A DNA stretch of 64,000 nucleotides from positions 1,758 to 65,757 of the forward strand of contig JBDHJS010000026.1 of the NCBI GenBank assembly GCA_039586795.1, in the 5' to 3' direction. A model generated the notes under the pieces. That model had not been told where the DNA came from, ran no database searches, and was given only the letters and a program-made list of their open reading frames with translations. The position numbers and the translations under genes were made by a program. The stretch comes from Gemmatimonadota bacterium (GTDB lineage Bacteria; Gemmatimonadota; Gemmatimonadetes; Palauibacterales; KS3-K002). Position 1 is the first letter of the stretch, and each line of letters opens with the position of its first letter. Positions 19,401 through 28,418 of this stretch are shown piece after piece.

Positions 19401-19980
19401 TCTCCCACCACTCAGCCGCGGCCTCCCATCCGGCCAGCCGTTCCGCTTCGCGCGCAGCGGAGAGGATCGCATGACTCCAGGCGCGCTTGATTCGGCCTCG
19501 CTCTTTTTGAGCCCACTCGTCGAACTCCGGTGACCCCGAAGCGAAGCCATCCAGAAACTCGCCCACATACAGATCTGCAACACACTTGGCATCGCTGGCG
19601 TCGATGGCAGAGTCGACATCACGGGTGTCCAGCCGCACACCTCCGACCGCCTCGACCGTCTCGCTGGTGATTCTGACGCTGACCCCTGGCAAATTGCTGC
19701 CCAGCCATCCCACTGCCCTCTTCAGCCCTTCCAGGTCCTTCTTCTTGTCCCGTCCACGGCCCAGCAACTCGACCACCTCAGCAGGGTGCATGGGTCGGTT
19801 TTCATGAAAGAGATAGACCATGAGGGCGAGGTGCTTTGCCCCAAGCTTGGTGGTCTCGTCGGTACCGTCGCGTACCAGACGGACGCCACCGAGCGTGAAC
19901 AGCTCGATGCCTTTGCCACCGCCTCGGCTTTTCGGTCGACCCTTTGGGGCCGGGTTAGCTATCCGCCTGGAGCTCGCCAT
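16474..19980 (-). CDS. Membrane-anchored BTAD (SARP-like) protein with long acidic linker and C-terminal TPR domain
   Basis: LFTLGG...ALMVYL and LYVGEFLDGF...EFDEW...ER (BTAD-like) motifs; ~500-aa E/P/A-rich linker; TM FWYLPVAAAVLVVGVVFG; C-terminal AVSIDPDFALAY TPRs. Confidence 0.75.
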   Translation of the reverse strand: MASSRRIANPAPKGRPKSRGGGKGIELFTLGGVRLVRDGTDETTKLGAKHLALMVYLFHENRPMHPAEVVELLGRGRDKKKDLEGLKRAVGWLGSNLPGVSVRITSETVEAVGGVRLDTRDVDSAIDASDAKCVADLYVGEFLDGFASGSPEFDEWAQKERGRIKRAWSHAILSAAREAERLAGWEAAAEWWEILVLHAPMRPEAVAGHLNSLAKSGREQDAARAFSEYVERLRGSGVAQPAEAVKKVVEQHKVLKEIADTQIIPVAPEMVPQQPPPAKEPSSSKQSAAGGEVAPDFLEGGEFARRDLGDLPQATVGDDLEVTFVEPKKGNAADKAPKSPPPQAAPPKPAPEQVAPPSPPPPEPAPKPPTPEPAAGDAGPDEEDPLKVAREAAAAFVDTQYGRVRHEVTGVRQSWVPALSRWWKELEPWRERMWDGTIAGLEWLGRAIATLPPLIAKAFVASKAGAAKAVTKLKRPKKSKRAKRSKAELAAVGSVEPADVAEATAVVEEPSVEESGSPAAEEAEQVEKPEGDLETKEAEAEEAEAAKATTEEADVEEDTAAPEIEETPAEEPADFGAPEPTLPVADPFGESTPTAELEEEPPVVDELEAEEPSVAELEAEGPAVAEPVDDELDAEEEEAAAVQPDEPGADPFGDAESSTQSDLESLAEAEFAEFAETFASQEFAMDDAAAPDETGEQPQSDGDFFGAVPAEDLSVPAPVFTASGAEDETGVAPDLPPWEAEAPATEPDVVGKTHERRRSALRRFWYLPVAAAVLVVGVVFGEEAISWVSSFTEELPERLNDVEAPSLPSVTIPRVTISAPSFVETSVSRIGEMLSGPLLDEPGEWVLVADVEVMAPPGPVTAEALVTSLELDLAQARFFRVVPRERALLARRQVLRNASNDLPLDDALALADVEGYALVLAAQLRHAEGNDSVAPTDSMFLRAFNSAGDTLYGVAAQVDSSAIATLAQLSRVVRDKMGEPEEQIQASKLPAQFLSRSPDAITAYHRARLELYAGRYGQAAIAAERAVSIDPDFALAYRLLAEAQALRGRITASRVALESAWRLYQNTTEREGMRILADWLAWEGRQTDAAVTYDKLFQQYRDDVGALKSQAVLQRAIGVRGGGAGNLRVAYGIDKYDWPRLDRIARFLGYTGTLPDVDSLIASLEESN

Positions 19981-20246
19981 GCCTCAAGACACGTATTGGT
20001 TCGATGCGGGGGGAAGTGGCCGGGAGTACCTCCGGTGGGGGGGTCGGAAGTCCCCTAAGTATAAGTGAAATATCAAAATTACGCTATCCGGCGCCCCTAC
20101 CAATCGGCCTTTTCGGGCCTCCGCCCGGGGCCGGGGGTACCGCCCAGGACCGCCCATCTTGGGCAGCTTCCCGCCCGCTTCGGGGACGTACAGGCTTCTA
20201 GACACCGCCACACCCAACGGGTTCCGCCGGGGGGCCGCGCCGCTCC

Positions 20247-20271
20247 GGAACCCTAGAGCTGGTGCGTTGTT
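20247..20271 (+). promoter_or_regulatory. Putative ECF promoter upstream of the thioredoxin-like gene
   Basis: GGAAC-N17-GTT. Confidence 0.45.
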
Positions 20272-20365
20272 TGCAGACGGGTGGGATTTGGGTCGGCTGT
20301 CACGGTGTTCGTCGGCGTGACCCGACTAAACGCCGAATGCGAGCTCAAGAGGCCGAAGAGGACGG

Positions 20366-20926
20366 ATGGACAGAGTTGCGCAAGAAAGATTCGAAGGCGC
20401 CTTGACCTACGAGGAGTTCCGGCAGGCCGCCACGAAGCACGAAGGCCTGTGGGACGGTGTCTATAAGCACCAACAAGTCCCTGCTGATGCCGAGTATCGG
20501 CTCAAGAACCTGCCGGGCAAGCGCTTCGTTATCGTCATTTCAGAGGACTGGTGCGGCGATGCTGCCTCCCTAGTTCCCATTATTGCGAAGATGGCTGCGG
20601 CTGCGCCCGAGCAGGTTGAATTGCGCGTGATTCTACGCGACGAGAATCTGGACATCATGGACCAGCACCTCAGCCACGGCGGCCGATCGATTCCGGTCGC
20701 CATCGTCTACGACGAGGAATGGCGCAAGCTGGGCTGGTGGGGCCCGCGACCGGCTCCGGCGCAGGCATTGTTCCGAGAGAAGCTCCGCGCCTTCAAGGCC
20801 GGCGAGCTGACGGACAAACGAGAGCATGTGAATAAACCGGTGCTCCGCTGGTACCGAGAGGACCGTGGCCGTCACACGATTGACGAATTCTTGAGCGTCC
20901 TGGAGCGAGGAGGAGAGCTTCGCTAG
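20366..20926 (+). CDS. Thioredoxin-like protein (Thioredoxin_9, monothiol WCGD)
   Basis: SEDWCGDA, LRDEN..IMD..L, RSIP and WGPRP motifs. Confidence 0.88.
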   Translation: MDRVAQERFEGALTYEEFRQAATKHEGLWDGVYKHQQVPADAEYRLKNLPGKRFVIVISEDWCGDAASLVPIIAKMAAAAPEQVELRVILRDENLDIMDQHLSHGGRSIPVAIVYDEEWRKLGWWGPRPAPAQALFREKLRAFKAGELTDKREHVNKPVLRWYREDRGRHTIDEFLSVLERGGELR

Positions 20927-20937
20927 AGGGGGGGGCG

Positions 20938-22053
20938 TTAGCGAGCTGCGTCTTCTGCGGCGGCCATCACGCGGAGCACATTCTCTCCCAGTATCTTCCT
21001 TACGTCATCTTCGGAGTACCGACGCCGGACGAGCTCTTCCGTGATCACCGGGTAGGCTGAGACATCTTCAAGCCCCTCCGGCACCATCGAGATACCATCG
21101 AAATCCGAGCCTAGACCGACGTGGTCTATCCCGACCGTATGAACGATGTGATCGATATGGTCCACCAGGTGCTTGACAGAGCCACGCGGGAATTCTCGGT
21201 CGGCCCAATAGTCACGCCAATCACGCTCGACCGCCGCGTCGTCGTCCCCGTGTTTCGCACGAAGTCGTCGCTCCAAATCGAACATATCGTGCACAATGCT
21301 CGCCGCCTCCGGGACCACGAAACCGGGAAAGAAGTTGACCATGGCCACGCCACCACCATCCGCCATTCTCTTCAAGACATCGTCCGGAACATTTCGCGGG
21401 TGGTTGTTCACGGCCCGTGCTCCGCTATGCGATGCGATGATCGGCGCTCGACTGACCTGCAGTACAGCCTTCATCGTTTCGTCTGACACGTGCGAGATAT
21501 CCACCAGCATGCCCAGATCGTTCATCTCGCGAACCACTTGCTCACCAAACGTGGAAAGCCCGTGATGTCGTGGCTCGTCCGTCGCAGAGTCTGCCCAATC
21601 CGTGCTCGACGAATGGGTGAGTGTTAGGTATCGCACGCCGAGCGCGTGAAACTCTCGTAGAACGTCGAGGGAATTCTCGATAGCGTGACCGCCTTCCACT
21701 GCAACGATCAGAGCGATCTTCCCTTCCCCGGCTATTCGCCGCACATCGGCCGCCGTCTTCGCCAGCTCAAACTCGGGATAGCGCGCCGCAAGCTGATGGA
21801 CCAGGCCGATGAGCTCACGTACGATCTTCGCCGGCCCACGGCCCTCATAGCTGGAAGGGACATACGCCGCGAGGAACTGGGCGTTGATACCTCCCTCCTT
21901 CAATCGCGGGATGTCGGTATGACCTGAACTGTGGCGAACGGACAGATCGAAGCGGTCCAGATCTGACTTGTATCGTGACCGCAACCGATACGGGAGGTCG
22001 TTATGGCCGTCGATGACGATGGCGCTTCTGTGGAGCTGTTCAGCGGTCACCAT
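20938..22053 (-). CDS. Membrane dipeptidase (peptidase M19)
   Basis: IDGHND, VEGGH, DISH, ASHS, RNVPD and GLGSDFDG motifs. Confidence 0.93.
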   Translation of the reverse strand: MVTAEQLHRSAIVIDGHNDLPYRLRSRYKSDLDRFDLSVRHSSGHTDIPRLKEGGINAQFLAAYVPSSYEGRGPAKIVRELIGLVHQLAARYPEFELAKTAADVRRIAGEGKIALIVAVEGGHAIENSLDVLREFHALGVRYLTLTHSSSTDWADSATDEPRHHGLSTFGEQVVREMNDLGMLVDISHVSDETMKAVLQVSRAPIIASHSGARAVNNHPRNVPDDVLKRMADGGGVAMVNFFPGFVVPEAASIVHDMFDLERRLRAKHGDDDAAVERDWRDYWADREFPRGSVKHLVDHIDHIVHTVGIDHVGLGSDFDGISMVPEGLEDVSAYPVITEELVRRRYSEDDVRKILGENVLRVMAAAEDAAR

Positions 22054-22106
22054 GGCGGGTCGCCTCACTCGAGACAGTGGATCGTAGCCGTTGTTGGTAA
22101 CTATAA

Positions 22107-22165
22107 ACGGTGGGTCCAGCGTGGGACCCACCGTCTACCGTCTACCGCCAACCGTCTACTGTCTA
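22107..22165. repeat. Hairpin plus CCGTCTA heptamer array
   Basis: ACGGTGGGTCC/GGACCCACCGT stem overlapping CCGTCTA CCGTCTA CCGCCAA CCGTCTA CTGTCTA. Confidence 0.75.
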
Positions 22166-22169
22166 CGCC

Positions 22170-23486
22170 TCACTCAACTGCTTTCTTGATCATCGCATCG
22201 AGCCCTGCCGGCTCATCTAGCGCCAGATCGTACTGCACGCGCACGACCGGCTTCTCGATGTTGATCAGGCGTGCCAGGTCGATGGGGGTGCCTACGACGA
22301 CGACCTCGGCATCCGAGTTGTTGATCGTCTCTGTGAGCTCACGGATCTGATCGTCCCCGTAGCCCATCGCCGGCAGAACCGGGCCCGTCGTGGCGTACTT
22401 CTCGAAGGTCTCAACGATCGAGCCGACAGCGAAAGGCCGGGGATCGACGAGCTCGGCGGCGCCGTTCTGCTGAGCCGCCAGGCTTGCCGCGCCCAGCGCC
22501 AGCTCGCCGTGAGTCAGGCTCGGTCCGTCCTCTACCGCCAGCACCCGCTTACCTTCCAGCGCGCCTGGATTGTCCACCGTGAGCGGCGATCGGCCCGCGA
22601 ACACACGAGCGGTTGGATTCGCCCACGCGATATTGGATCGGACCGCCTCTACGTTCTCCGGAACCGCCGAGTCGATCTTGTTGATGATCACCGCATCGGC
22701 CATCCGCAGGTTCGCTTCGCCCGGATGGTACGATATCTCGTGGAACGGTCTGTGCGGATCCGCAATGACGATGTGGAGGTTTGGCTTGTAGAATGGCAGG
22801 TCGTTGTTCCCACCGTCCCAAAGGACTACATCGCCGTCACCTTCCGCCTGCCTGAGGATGGCTTCATAGTCAACACCAGCATAGACGACGGATCCTGCGT
22901 CGATGTGGGGCTCGTACTCTTCGCGCTCCTCGATCGTCGCATCGTGCTTTTCCAGATCTTCGTACGTCGCAAAACGCTGTACCCGTTGCGCCACCAGGTC
23001 GCCGTACGGCATCGGATGTCGAACCACCACCGGCGTCTTTCCTAGCTCGCGCAACTTCTCCACTACGTAGCGCGTCGTCTGGCTCTTGCCCGAGCCGGTA
23101 CGGACGGCGCACACGGCGATCACCGGCCGCGTCGACTCGACCATCATTTGTTTCGGTCCGAGCAGCTCGAATGCAGCGCCGGCAGCTAAACAGCGGCTCG
23201 CCATGTTCATTACGTACTCGTGCGAAACATCCGAGTAGGAGAAGACACAAACATCGATCTTCTCGTTCTTGATCGTCGCCTCGAGCTCGTCCTCCGGCAA
23301 AATCGGAATGCCTTCGGGATAGTCCGGCCCGGCAATTCCGGCCGGATATAGGCGGCCCTCAATATTCGGGATCTGAGTAGCCGTGAAAGCGACTACGCGG
23401 TAGTCAGAGTTGCCGCGGAAATAGGTGTTGAAATCGTGAAAATCGCGCCCAGCTGCTCCTAAGATAATGACTCGTTTCGGGTCCAT
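22170..23486 (-). CDS. COG2403 P-loop protein (often annotated cyclic 2,3-diphosphoglycerate synthase; possibly arginine synthetase ArcE-like)
   Basis: GAAGRDFH, FTATQIP, RTGSGKSQT, RHPMPYG, TIEEREEYEPH, WDGGNND, EDGP.LTHG and PAMGY motifs. Confidence 0.8.
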   Translation of the reverse strand: MDPKRVIILGAAGRDFHDFNTYFRGNSDYRVVAFTATQIPNIEGRLYPAGIAGPDYPEGIPILPEDELEATIKNEKIDVCVFSYSDVSHEYVMNMASRCLAAGAAFELLGPKQMMVESTRPVIAVCAVRTGSGKSQTTRYVVEKLRELGKTPVVVRHPMPYGDLVAQRVQRFATYEDLEKHDATIEEREEYEPHIDAGSVVYAGVDYEAILRQAEGDGDVVLWDGGNNDLPFYKPNLHIVIADPHRPFHEISYHPGEANLRMADAVIINKIDSAVPENVEAVRSNIAWANPTARVFAGRSPLTVDNPGALEGKRVLAVEDGPSLTHGELALGAASLAAQQNGAAELVDPRPFAVGSIVETFEKYATTGPVLPAMGYGDDQIRELTETINNSDAEVVVVGTPIDLARLINIEKPVVRVQYDLALDEPAGLDAMIKKAVE

Positions 23487-23549
23487 ATTTCCTCTCGTAG
23501 GGGTTCCCTGGTCACTCTATCTCATACTGCCACTATTCATCACGCCTGC

Positions 23550-24212
23550 TTACTGCAAAAGCCAGTCCGCCAAATCCGTCAAATCCGTCACCATCCGCAA
23601 CGGGTCGCCGCCGTCACCCGCCGGCTCATTCTTTCGATTCACCCACACGGCGGGAATCCCAAGCTCCGCCGCGGGTCGGATGTCGTGGAAGTAGCTTTGA
23701 GCGGCGTGAAGCAAGTTACCCTGTCCGCCGGCCCGGCGAAGCCCTTCCTGGAAGTGCGGGTGGGCCGGCTTGTAGCTGCGGATCTGTTGCGCCGTAATCG
23801 TCCAGTCGAACTCGACTCCGATCCGGTCGATAGTGGCCTGCAAGAGGTCATCGTCGATGTTCGAGAGGATGGCGATCGAGAAGCGAGACTTCAAGCGCCC
23901 CAGCGCCGCTCCTGTATCGGCAAAGACCGGCCAGTCCGGCAATGATTCTGCAAGAAAGCCGGCGCGATCGGGATTGAGCTCCCAACCTAGACGCGAAGCC
24001 ACCAGCGTCGCAGCTTCACCCAACACTTCACGGTAGGGCCGGTAGTCCGTCGCCTGGATCTGAGGTTCCACCTCGTGGTACGCCGCGATTATCGCCGGAC
24101 GCTGCAAGTTGATCCCATCCTGAGACGCGGCCTTCTGAAACGCGGCGCTGATCCCGCCTTCCCAGTCAACGAGCGTGCCGTAGCAATCGAAGCTGATCGT
24201 CGTCGGGGCCAT
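23550..24212 (-). CDS. HAD-family hydrolase (haloacid dehalogenase type II-like)
   Basis: FDCYGTLVDWE, LSNID, YKP and HAAQSYFHD motifs. Confidence 0.9.
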   Translation of the reverse strand: MAPTTISFDCYGTLVDWEGGISAAFQKAASQDGINLQRPAIIAAYHEVEPQIQATDYRPYREVLGEAATLVASRLGWELNPDRAGFLAESLPDWPVFADTGAALGRLKSRFSIAILSNIDDDLLQATIDRIGVEFDWTITAQQIRSYKPAHPHFQEGLRRAGGQGNLLHAAQSYFHDIRPAAELGIPAVWVNRKNEPAGDGGDPLRMVTDLTDLADWLLQ

Positions 24213-24222
24213 CTCTTATTCT

Positions 24223-25428
24223 TTAGGCTCCGAACTTCGCCAGCCGCAGAGCATGCGCCAGCGCCAGCGGCATCAAGTCCTCCGACCGGCAGATGCCCAG
24301 TCCACCTCGCAAACAGTTCTCTTCGCCGAACGCGCTTACTTCGTCGCGGCGAGCGGTCGCCGACCAGAGCAAGACCGGCACTGGGTGCCAGCTATGGCTG
24401 CGGAGCGCCGCCGGCGTGGAATGGTCGCCCGTGATGAGAAGTACATCAGGCCTCAACTCCAGGAGACGCGGGATGTATCCGTCGATCTCTTCGATCGCGC
24501 CTACTTTGCGCTCGAAAGCACCATCCTCTCCAGCCTTGTCGGTGTCCTTGACGTGCACGAACGCGAAATCGTGTTCGGGCCACGTACTCTCGAGCGCCGC
24601 GAACAGATCGTCACGCGTCGGACCCACGTCGACCGAGTCCATCCCAACGAGTTTTCCTACACCCCGGTACATCGGGTATTGGGCGACTGCCACCGACCTG
24701 AGTCCAAAAACCTCCGGAAACCGCGGCCAATCCGGACGTTTGGCGAAACCGCGCAGCGTAACCATGTTTGCTGGCTCGTGGCCTCTGAGTCGCTCGCCCG
24801 CCTGCCGGATGAAGTGTCGCACCAATTCCGCGGTCGGTTCAGCTTCCGCTCGGTCGGCGCCGACTTCGAGTGGAGGCGCACCCGTGTATCCTGGATCGGT
24901 GTCCGTCAGCCCCTCTTGAAGCCCCGTGCCGCGCAACACCAACAAGAACCGATGCTCGCGCACCGGCTTGACAAAGCTCTCGACTCCGGGGACCTCGATG
25001 CCGCCCAGCTCTTCGCACAGCTCAGTGCATTTCTCCGTCGATATACGGCCAGCGCGGCGGTCCGTGATATTCCCGCCTTGATCCACCGTGCAGAAGTTGC
25101 CTCGCGCCGCCAGATCGTGCTCGCCCAGCTCGAAGTCGATCCCCAGCGCCTCCAAAACGCCACGACCGATCTGGTAACCGACCGCATCGTAACCGAACAG
25201 GCCTATGTGTCCCGGGCCGCTTCCCGGCGTTATCCCCGGGCCGACCGGCTGGTGCAGCCCCGAAACGCCCTCCGCCGCCAATCGATCCATGTTCGGCGTG
25301 TCCGCCGCCTCGAGGGCCGTCGGACCACCCGGCTCTACCGCCAGCCCTCCCAAGCCGTCCAGAACCAGAAGCAGGATCTTCGTCTCGGCTGGCGTAAGCA
25401 GTCCGCGGATCAGCTCGAGGTCAGCCAT
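24223..25428 (-). CDS. apgM: 2,3-BPG-independent phosphoglycerate mutase (ApgM type)
   Basis: LDGLGG, TPNMD, PGSGPGH, RGNF, DRRAGRI, HVK.TD..GEDG, TGDHSTP and HSWHPVP motifs. Confidence 0.9.
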   Translation of the reverse strand: MADLELIRGLLTPAETKILLLVLDGLGGLAVEPGGPTALEAADTPNMDRLAAEGVSGLHQPVGPGITPGSGPGHIGLFGYDAVGYQIGRGVLEALGIDFELGEHDLAARGNFCTVDQGGNITDRRAGRISTEKCTELCEELGGIEVPGVESFVKPVREHRFLLVLRGTGLQEGLTDTDPGYTGAPPLEVGADRAEAEPTAELVRHFIRQAGERLRGHEPANMVTLRGFAKRPDWPRFPEVFGLRSVAVAQYPMYRGVGKLVGMDSVDVGPTRDDLFAALESTWPEHDFAFVHVKDTDKAGEDGAFERKVGAIEEIDGYIPRLLELRPDVLLITGDHSTPAALRSHSWHPVPVLLWSATARRDEVSAFGEENCLRGGLGICRSEDLMPLALAHALRLAKFGA

Positions 25429-25446
25429 GCTGCGTCCTCCGTCTTT

Positions 25447-26967
25447 CTACTCGATCAGCATCGCCGCGGCATAGAGCTCGCTGCCCAGCCACAGGTTGCC
25501 GATCCGCAGGTTCTCGTTGGGGCTGTGTTGGTTGTTGTCGTGGTTGACCATCGGGAGACTAATCGTTGGCACACCGAGCACGTCGGTGAACTGGTATAGC
25601 GGTACGCTACCCCCCGATGTCGGTATATTCAGCGTCGCCTGCCCGAAGTTCGATTCGACCGTGTTGATCAATGCCTGCGCGATCGGCAGGTCCATCGACG
25701 TTCTGAACGCAGGATACCCGTCACCCGTCGTCACTAGCGCAAGCTTGTCGTAACGCCGGCGCGTATCGATGTTGGGCTCTTCCTCGACGACGTGATAGCC
25801 TTGCGCGCGAATATGATCGATCAGTCGCCCGACTTGCCTCTGCGGGTCAATGCTCTTGACCAGCCGCAAGTCGATCGTGGCGACGGCGACATCCGGAACT
25901 ACGGTCCGTGCTTCGTCGCCGACCCACGCCGATCGCAGGCCCCTCACGTTGAGCGACGGTTGATTGATCGCCAATAACCGCTGCTCTCCCATCTCCGAAC
26001 GCGCGATCGCGAACTCCTTCATCCGCTGCGCATCATCGTTCGGCGCCGCCGAAATAGCCGCCAACTCGAATTCGCTGAGCGGTACGACGTCGTCATAGAA
26101 ACCATCGATCAAGACCCGACCGGTCTCTTCGTCCTTCATCGTGGCGAGCAGCTGAGCAAGACGCATCGCCGGGTTGGGCGCCCAATTCCCATAGTGCCCG
26201 CTGTGCAGCGGCCGCAGCGGCCCGTACACGGTCACCTCGGCGCTGACGATCCCTCGTGCCCCAAACTTGAGTGTCGGCAGACCAGACGGATCCGTCGGCC
26301 CATCCGCACTCACAACCAGGTCCGCCTCCAAGAGCTCGCCGTACTGTTCGACCGCGTAACCCAGAAATTGCGAACCCGCCTCCTCGTCGCCCTCGAAGAT
26401 GAACTTGAGGTTAGCGGTCGGTTCGAGCCCGGCGGAACGCAACGCATCGAGCGCCACCATCAGCGCCACGATCGGCGATTTATCGTCCGACGCCGAGCGC
26501 GCGAAAATCCTCCAGTCCGGATCGAATCTGCCGTCGCTCGGGAAGTCGATGATCTCGCCGCTCGCCTCCAGCGGCCCGTCTCTCAGAACTGGCTCGAACG
26601 GTTCGTGACCCACCCAGCGGCTCGGATCGACGTTCTGGCCATCGTAATGAGCGTAGAACATCACCGTCTTCTCAGCCCCGGGGACACGCAACTCCCCGAA
26701 AACGTATGAGACGCCAGGCGTCTCCAGCACTCGCGTTTCGATGCCGCGGCGTTCCAACATCCCAACCAACGCCTCAATGTCGCGCGACATATCCGAGTGG
26801 TAAGCGATGTTCGGGATGCTCAGCCAGTCCGCCAACTGTTCAACGATGGCCGCCTCATTCGCCTCACGGTACGCCCGCACGGCCTGCAAAGCCTCGGACT
26901 GTGCCGGCGCCTCTGCGCAGGCCAAGAAGACCGAGAGTACTGCGCAGATTGCGAGTCGGTGCTTCAT
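25447..26967 (-). CDS. M20/M25/M40 metallopeptidase, putative lipoprotein
   Basis: FLAC lipobox; YAHYDGQ, ARSASDDK, EGDEE and HSPNEN motifs. Confidence 0.85.
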   Translation of the reverse strand: MKHRLAICAVLSVFLACAEAPAQSEALQAVRAYREANEAAIVEQLADWLSIPNIAYHSDMSRDIEALVGMLERRGIETRVLETPGVSYVFGELRVPGAEKTVMFYAHYDGQNVDPSRWVGHEPFEPVLRDGPLEASGEIIDFPSDGRFDPDWRIFARSASDDKSPIVALMVALDALRSAGLEPTANLKFIFEGDEEAGSQFLGYAVEQYGELLEADLVVSADGPTDPSGLPTLKFGARGIVSAEVTVYGPLRPLHSGHYGNWAPNPAMRLAQLLATMKDEETGRVLIDGFYDDVVPLSEFELAAISAAPNDDAQRMKEFAIARSEMGEQRLLAINQPSLNVRGLRSAWVGDEARTVVPDVAVATIDLRLVKSIDPQRQVGRLIDHIRAQGYHVVEEEPNIDTRRRYDKLALVTTGDGYPAFRTSMDLPIAQALINTVESNFGQATLNIPTSGGSVPLYQFTDVLGVPTISLPMVNHDNNQHSPNENLRIGNLWLGSELYAAAMLIE

Positions 26968-27075
26968 GATCCCTCCATCGTTGTCCCCATACCGAACACT
27001 GAACATCCGGCAATGCCCACTCAGCACGGAACCTCACCGCCAACGTTCAATGTGCCATGACCGATGTTCAATTGT

Positions 27076-27540
27076 TCACCCACCCGTCTCAGATGCCTCA
27101 ACAACCCCAACCAAATCTCCAACCCTCACCTCACCCCCGGCCTTCACCCACGCCAACACCCCCCTCCGCCCACGTATCTCCTCTTGCAAACCATCCCGGA
27201 TCTCGTCCATCAAACCACACGGCTCACAGGGGCCCGTGATCCATAACTCAACGTCTTGACCAAGTCGCAGCCGCGTGTCAGTGGGCAGCGCGGTCAGGTC
27301 GATACCCCGCGTGGTCACATTCTCTTTCACTATCGCCGTGGGTAGTCCCAGCTGCTCCAGCGTTTCTTCCTCGATCAGCAGGACCTGTCGTCGGCTGCCG
27401 GCTTTCGCGTGCCGACACCCTTCGATCCCCGTGTCGGCGACAAAGACGGCGGGCTCCACCTGCCGCATCGGAATCCCATGGCCCGGACATACCTGTAGAG
27501 AAGTGATGACTCCAGAACTACCGCCCACACCAACCTCCAA
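27076..27540 (-). CDS. MOSC-domain protein
   Basis: RQVLLI, ENVTTRG, PCEPC..M and RRGVLA.V..GG.V.VGD motifs; start uncertain. Confidence 0.85.
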   Translation of the reverse strand: MEVGVGGSSGVITSLQVCPGHGIPMRQVEPAVFVADTGIEGCRHAKAGSRRQVLLIEEETLEQLGLPTAIVKENVTTRGIDLTALPTDTRLRLGQDVELWITGPCEPCGLMDEIRDGLQEEIRGRRGVLAWVKAGGEVRVGDLVGVVEASETGG

Positions 27541-27606
27541 CGTTTTGAACCGTGATTACGGTACTGTGCGTGCGGCGGTAAACTAGCGGGCCCACGCCCG
27601 GGAAGG

Positions 27607-28416
27607 CTAGAGACGGGAAGGCGGCGCCGCGAACGACGGCGCGAGGCGTTCGAGCTCGGCGACCGGCAGGTTACCCACCAGAGCGTGCTGATGGGCTCCG
27701 TCCCACCACGTCGCGACGCCCAGTCCGCGCTCCTGACCCAGGGACAGCGGTGGGAGGTTCCTGCGATTGACCAGCTTAACGTCGTTTGCGCCCGGCTCCC
27801 CCTCGACAGCGCCGTCCAGTGGGATGACGTAGTAGGAGAATTCTCTGTCGCCCGACCGATATTCCACCACTCCACCGCGACGCCCATTCATCAGACAGAT
27901 CGTCGCCCGATGAAGCTCGAAGCCGGGTACATCAGGAGGTGGCATCGAAACGCCCAGCTCCCTGGCGAAGAACGCTCCGATCTCCTGTCGATCCGTACTA
28001 CGCAGGTCCACTTGCTCAACGACGCGGCGCAAGTAGTCCTCAGCAAAAACGGTGGCGGACGATGCCGACGATCGGCGCTCAAACAACCAGTGCCCGGTAA
28101 GACTGGCTGCGACTCCAACAAGCAGCACGGCAACTGTCGCAACGGAGAAGTACATGCGGCGCCCAAGCCGATTCTGCAGCCCGGGACCCGTCCGCTCCCT
28201 GGCCAACACCGTATAGAGACGTTCCCTGAGTTCGCGAGGCGCGCGGACACGGGGCACGGCATCACGGATCATCTGGGCCACGCGCCGGTCGCGCTCGATG
28301 ATCCAACCGCAGCCCTCGCATTCCTCAGCGTGCGTCAAAGCCTGCTCGACATCGGCATCGCTCACACGTACGGTCTCGCCGGGCAACAGCGTTCGCTTGG
28401 TCTCTCTGCAATCCAT
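27607..28416 (-). CDS. ZAS-type (HxxxCxxC) transmembrane anti-sigma factor
   Basis: MDC...HAEECEGC, then a TM helix and an extracytoplasmic domain; directly downstream of the ECF sigma. Confidence 0.8.
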   Translation of the reverse strand: MDCRETKRTLLPGETVRVSDADVEQALTHAEECEGCGWIIERDRRVAQMIRDAVPRVRAPRELRERLYTVLARERTGPGLQNRLGRRMYFSVATVAVLLVGVAASLTGHWLFERRSSASSATVFAEDYLRRVVEQVDLRSTDRQEIGAFFARELGVSMPPPDVPGFELHRATICLMNGRRGGVVEYRSGDREFSYYVIPLDGAVEGEPGANDVKLVNRRNLPPLSLGQERGLGVATWWDGAHQHALVGNLPVAELERLAPSFAAPPSRL

Positions 28417-28418
28417 CC

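Noticed and set aside
20040-20340. GC-rich hairpins in the divergent intergenic region as a possible SRP, 6S or tmRNA gene
   Set aside because: No SRP core motif, tRNA-like ends or tag frame recognised. Better explained as divergent promoters, though an Rfam scan is needed to exclude an ncRNA.
24253-25599. 448-aa plus-strand ORF
   Set aside because: Antisense shadow of apgM, typical of GC-rich codon bias; no motifs.
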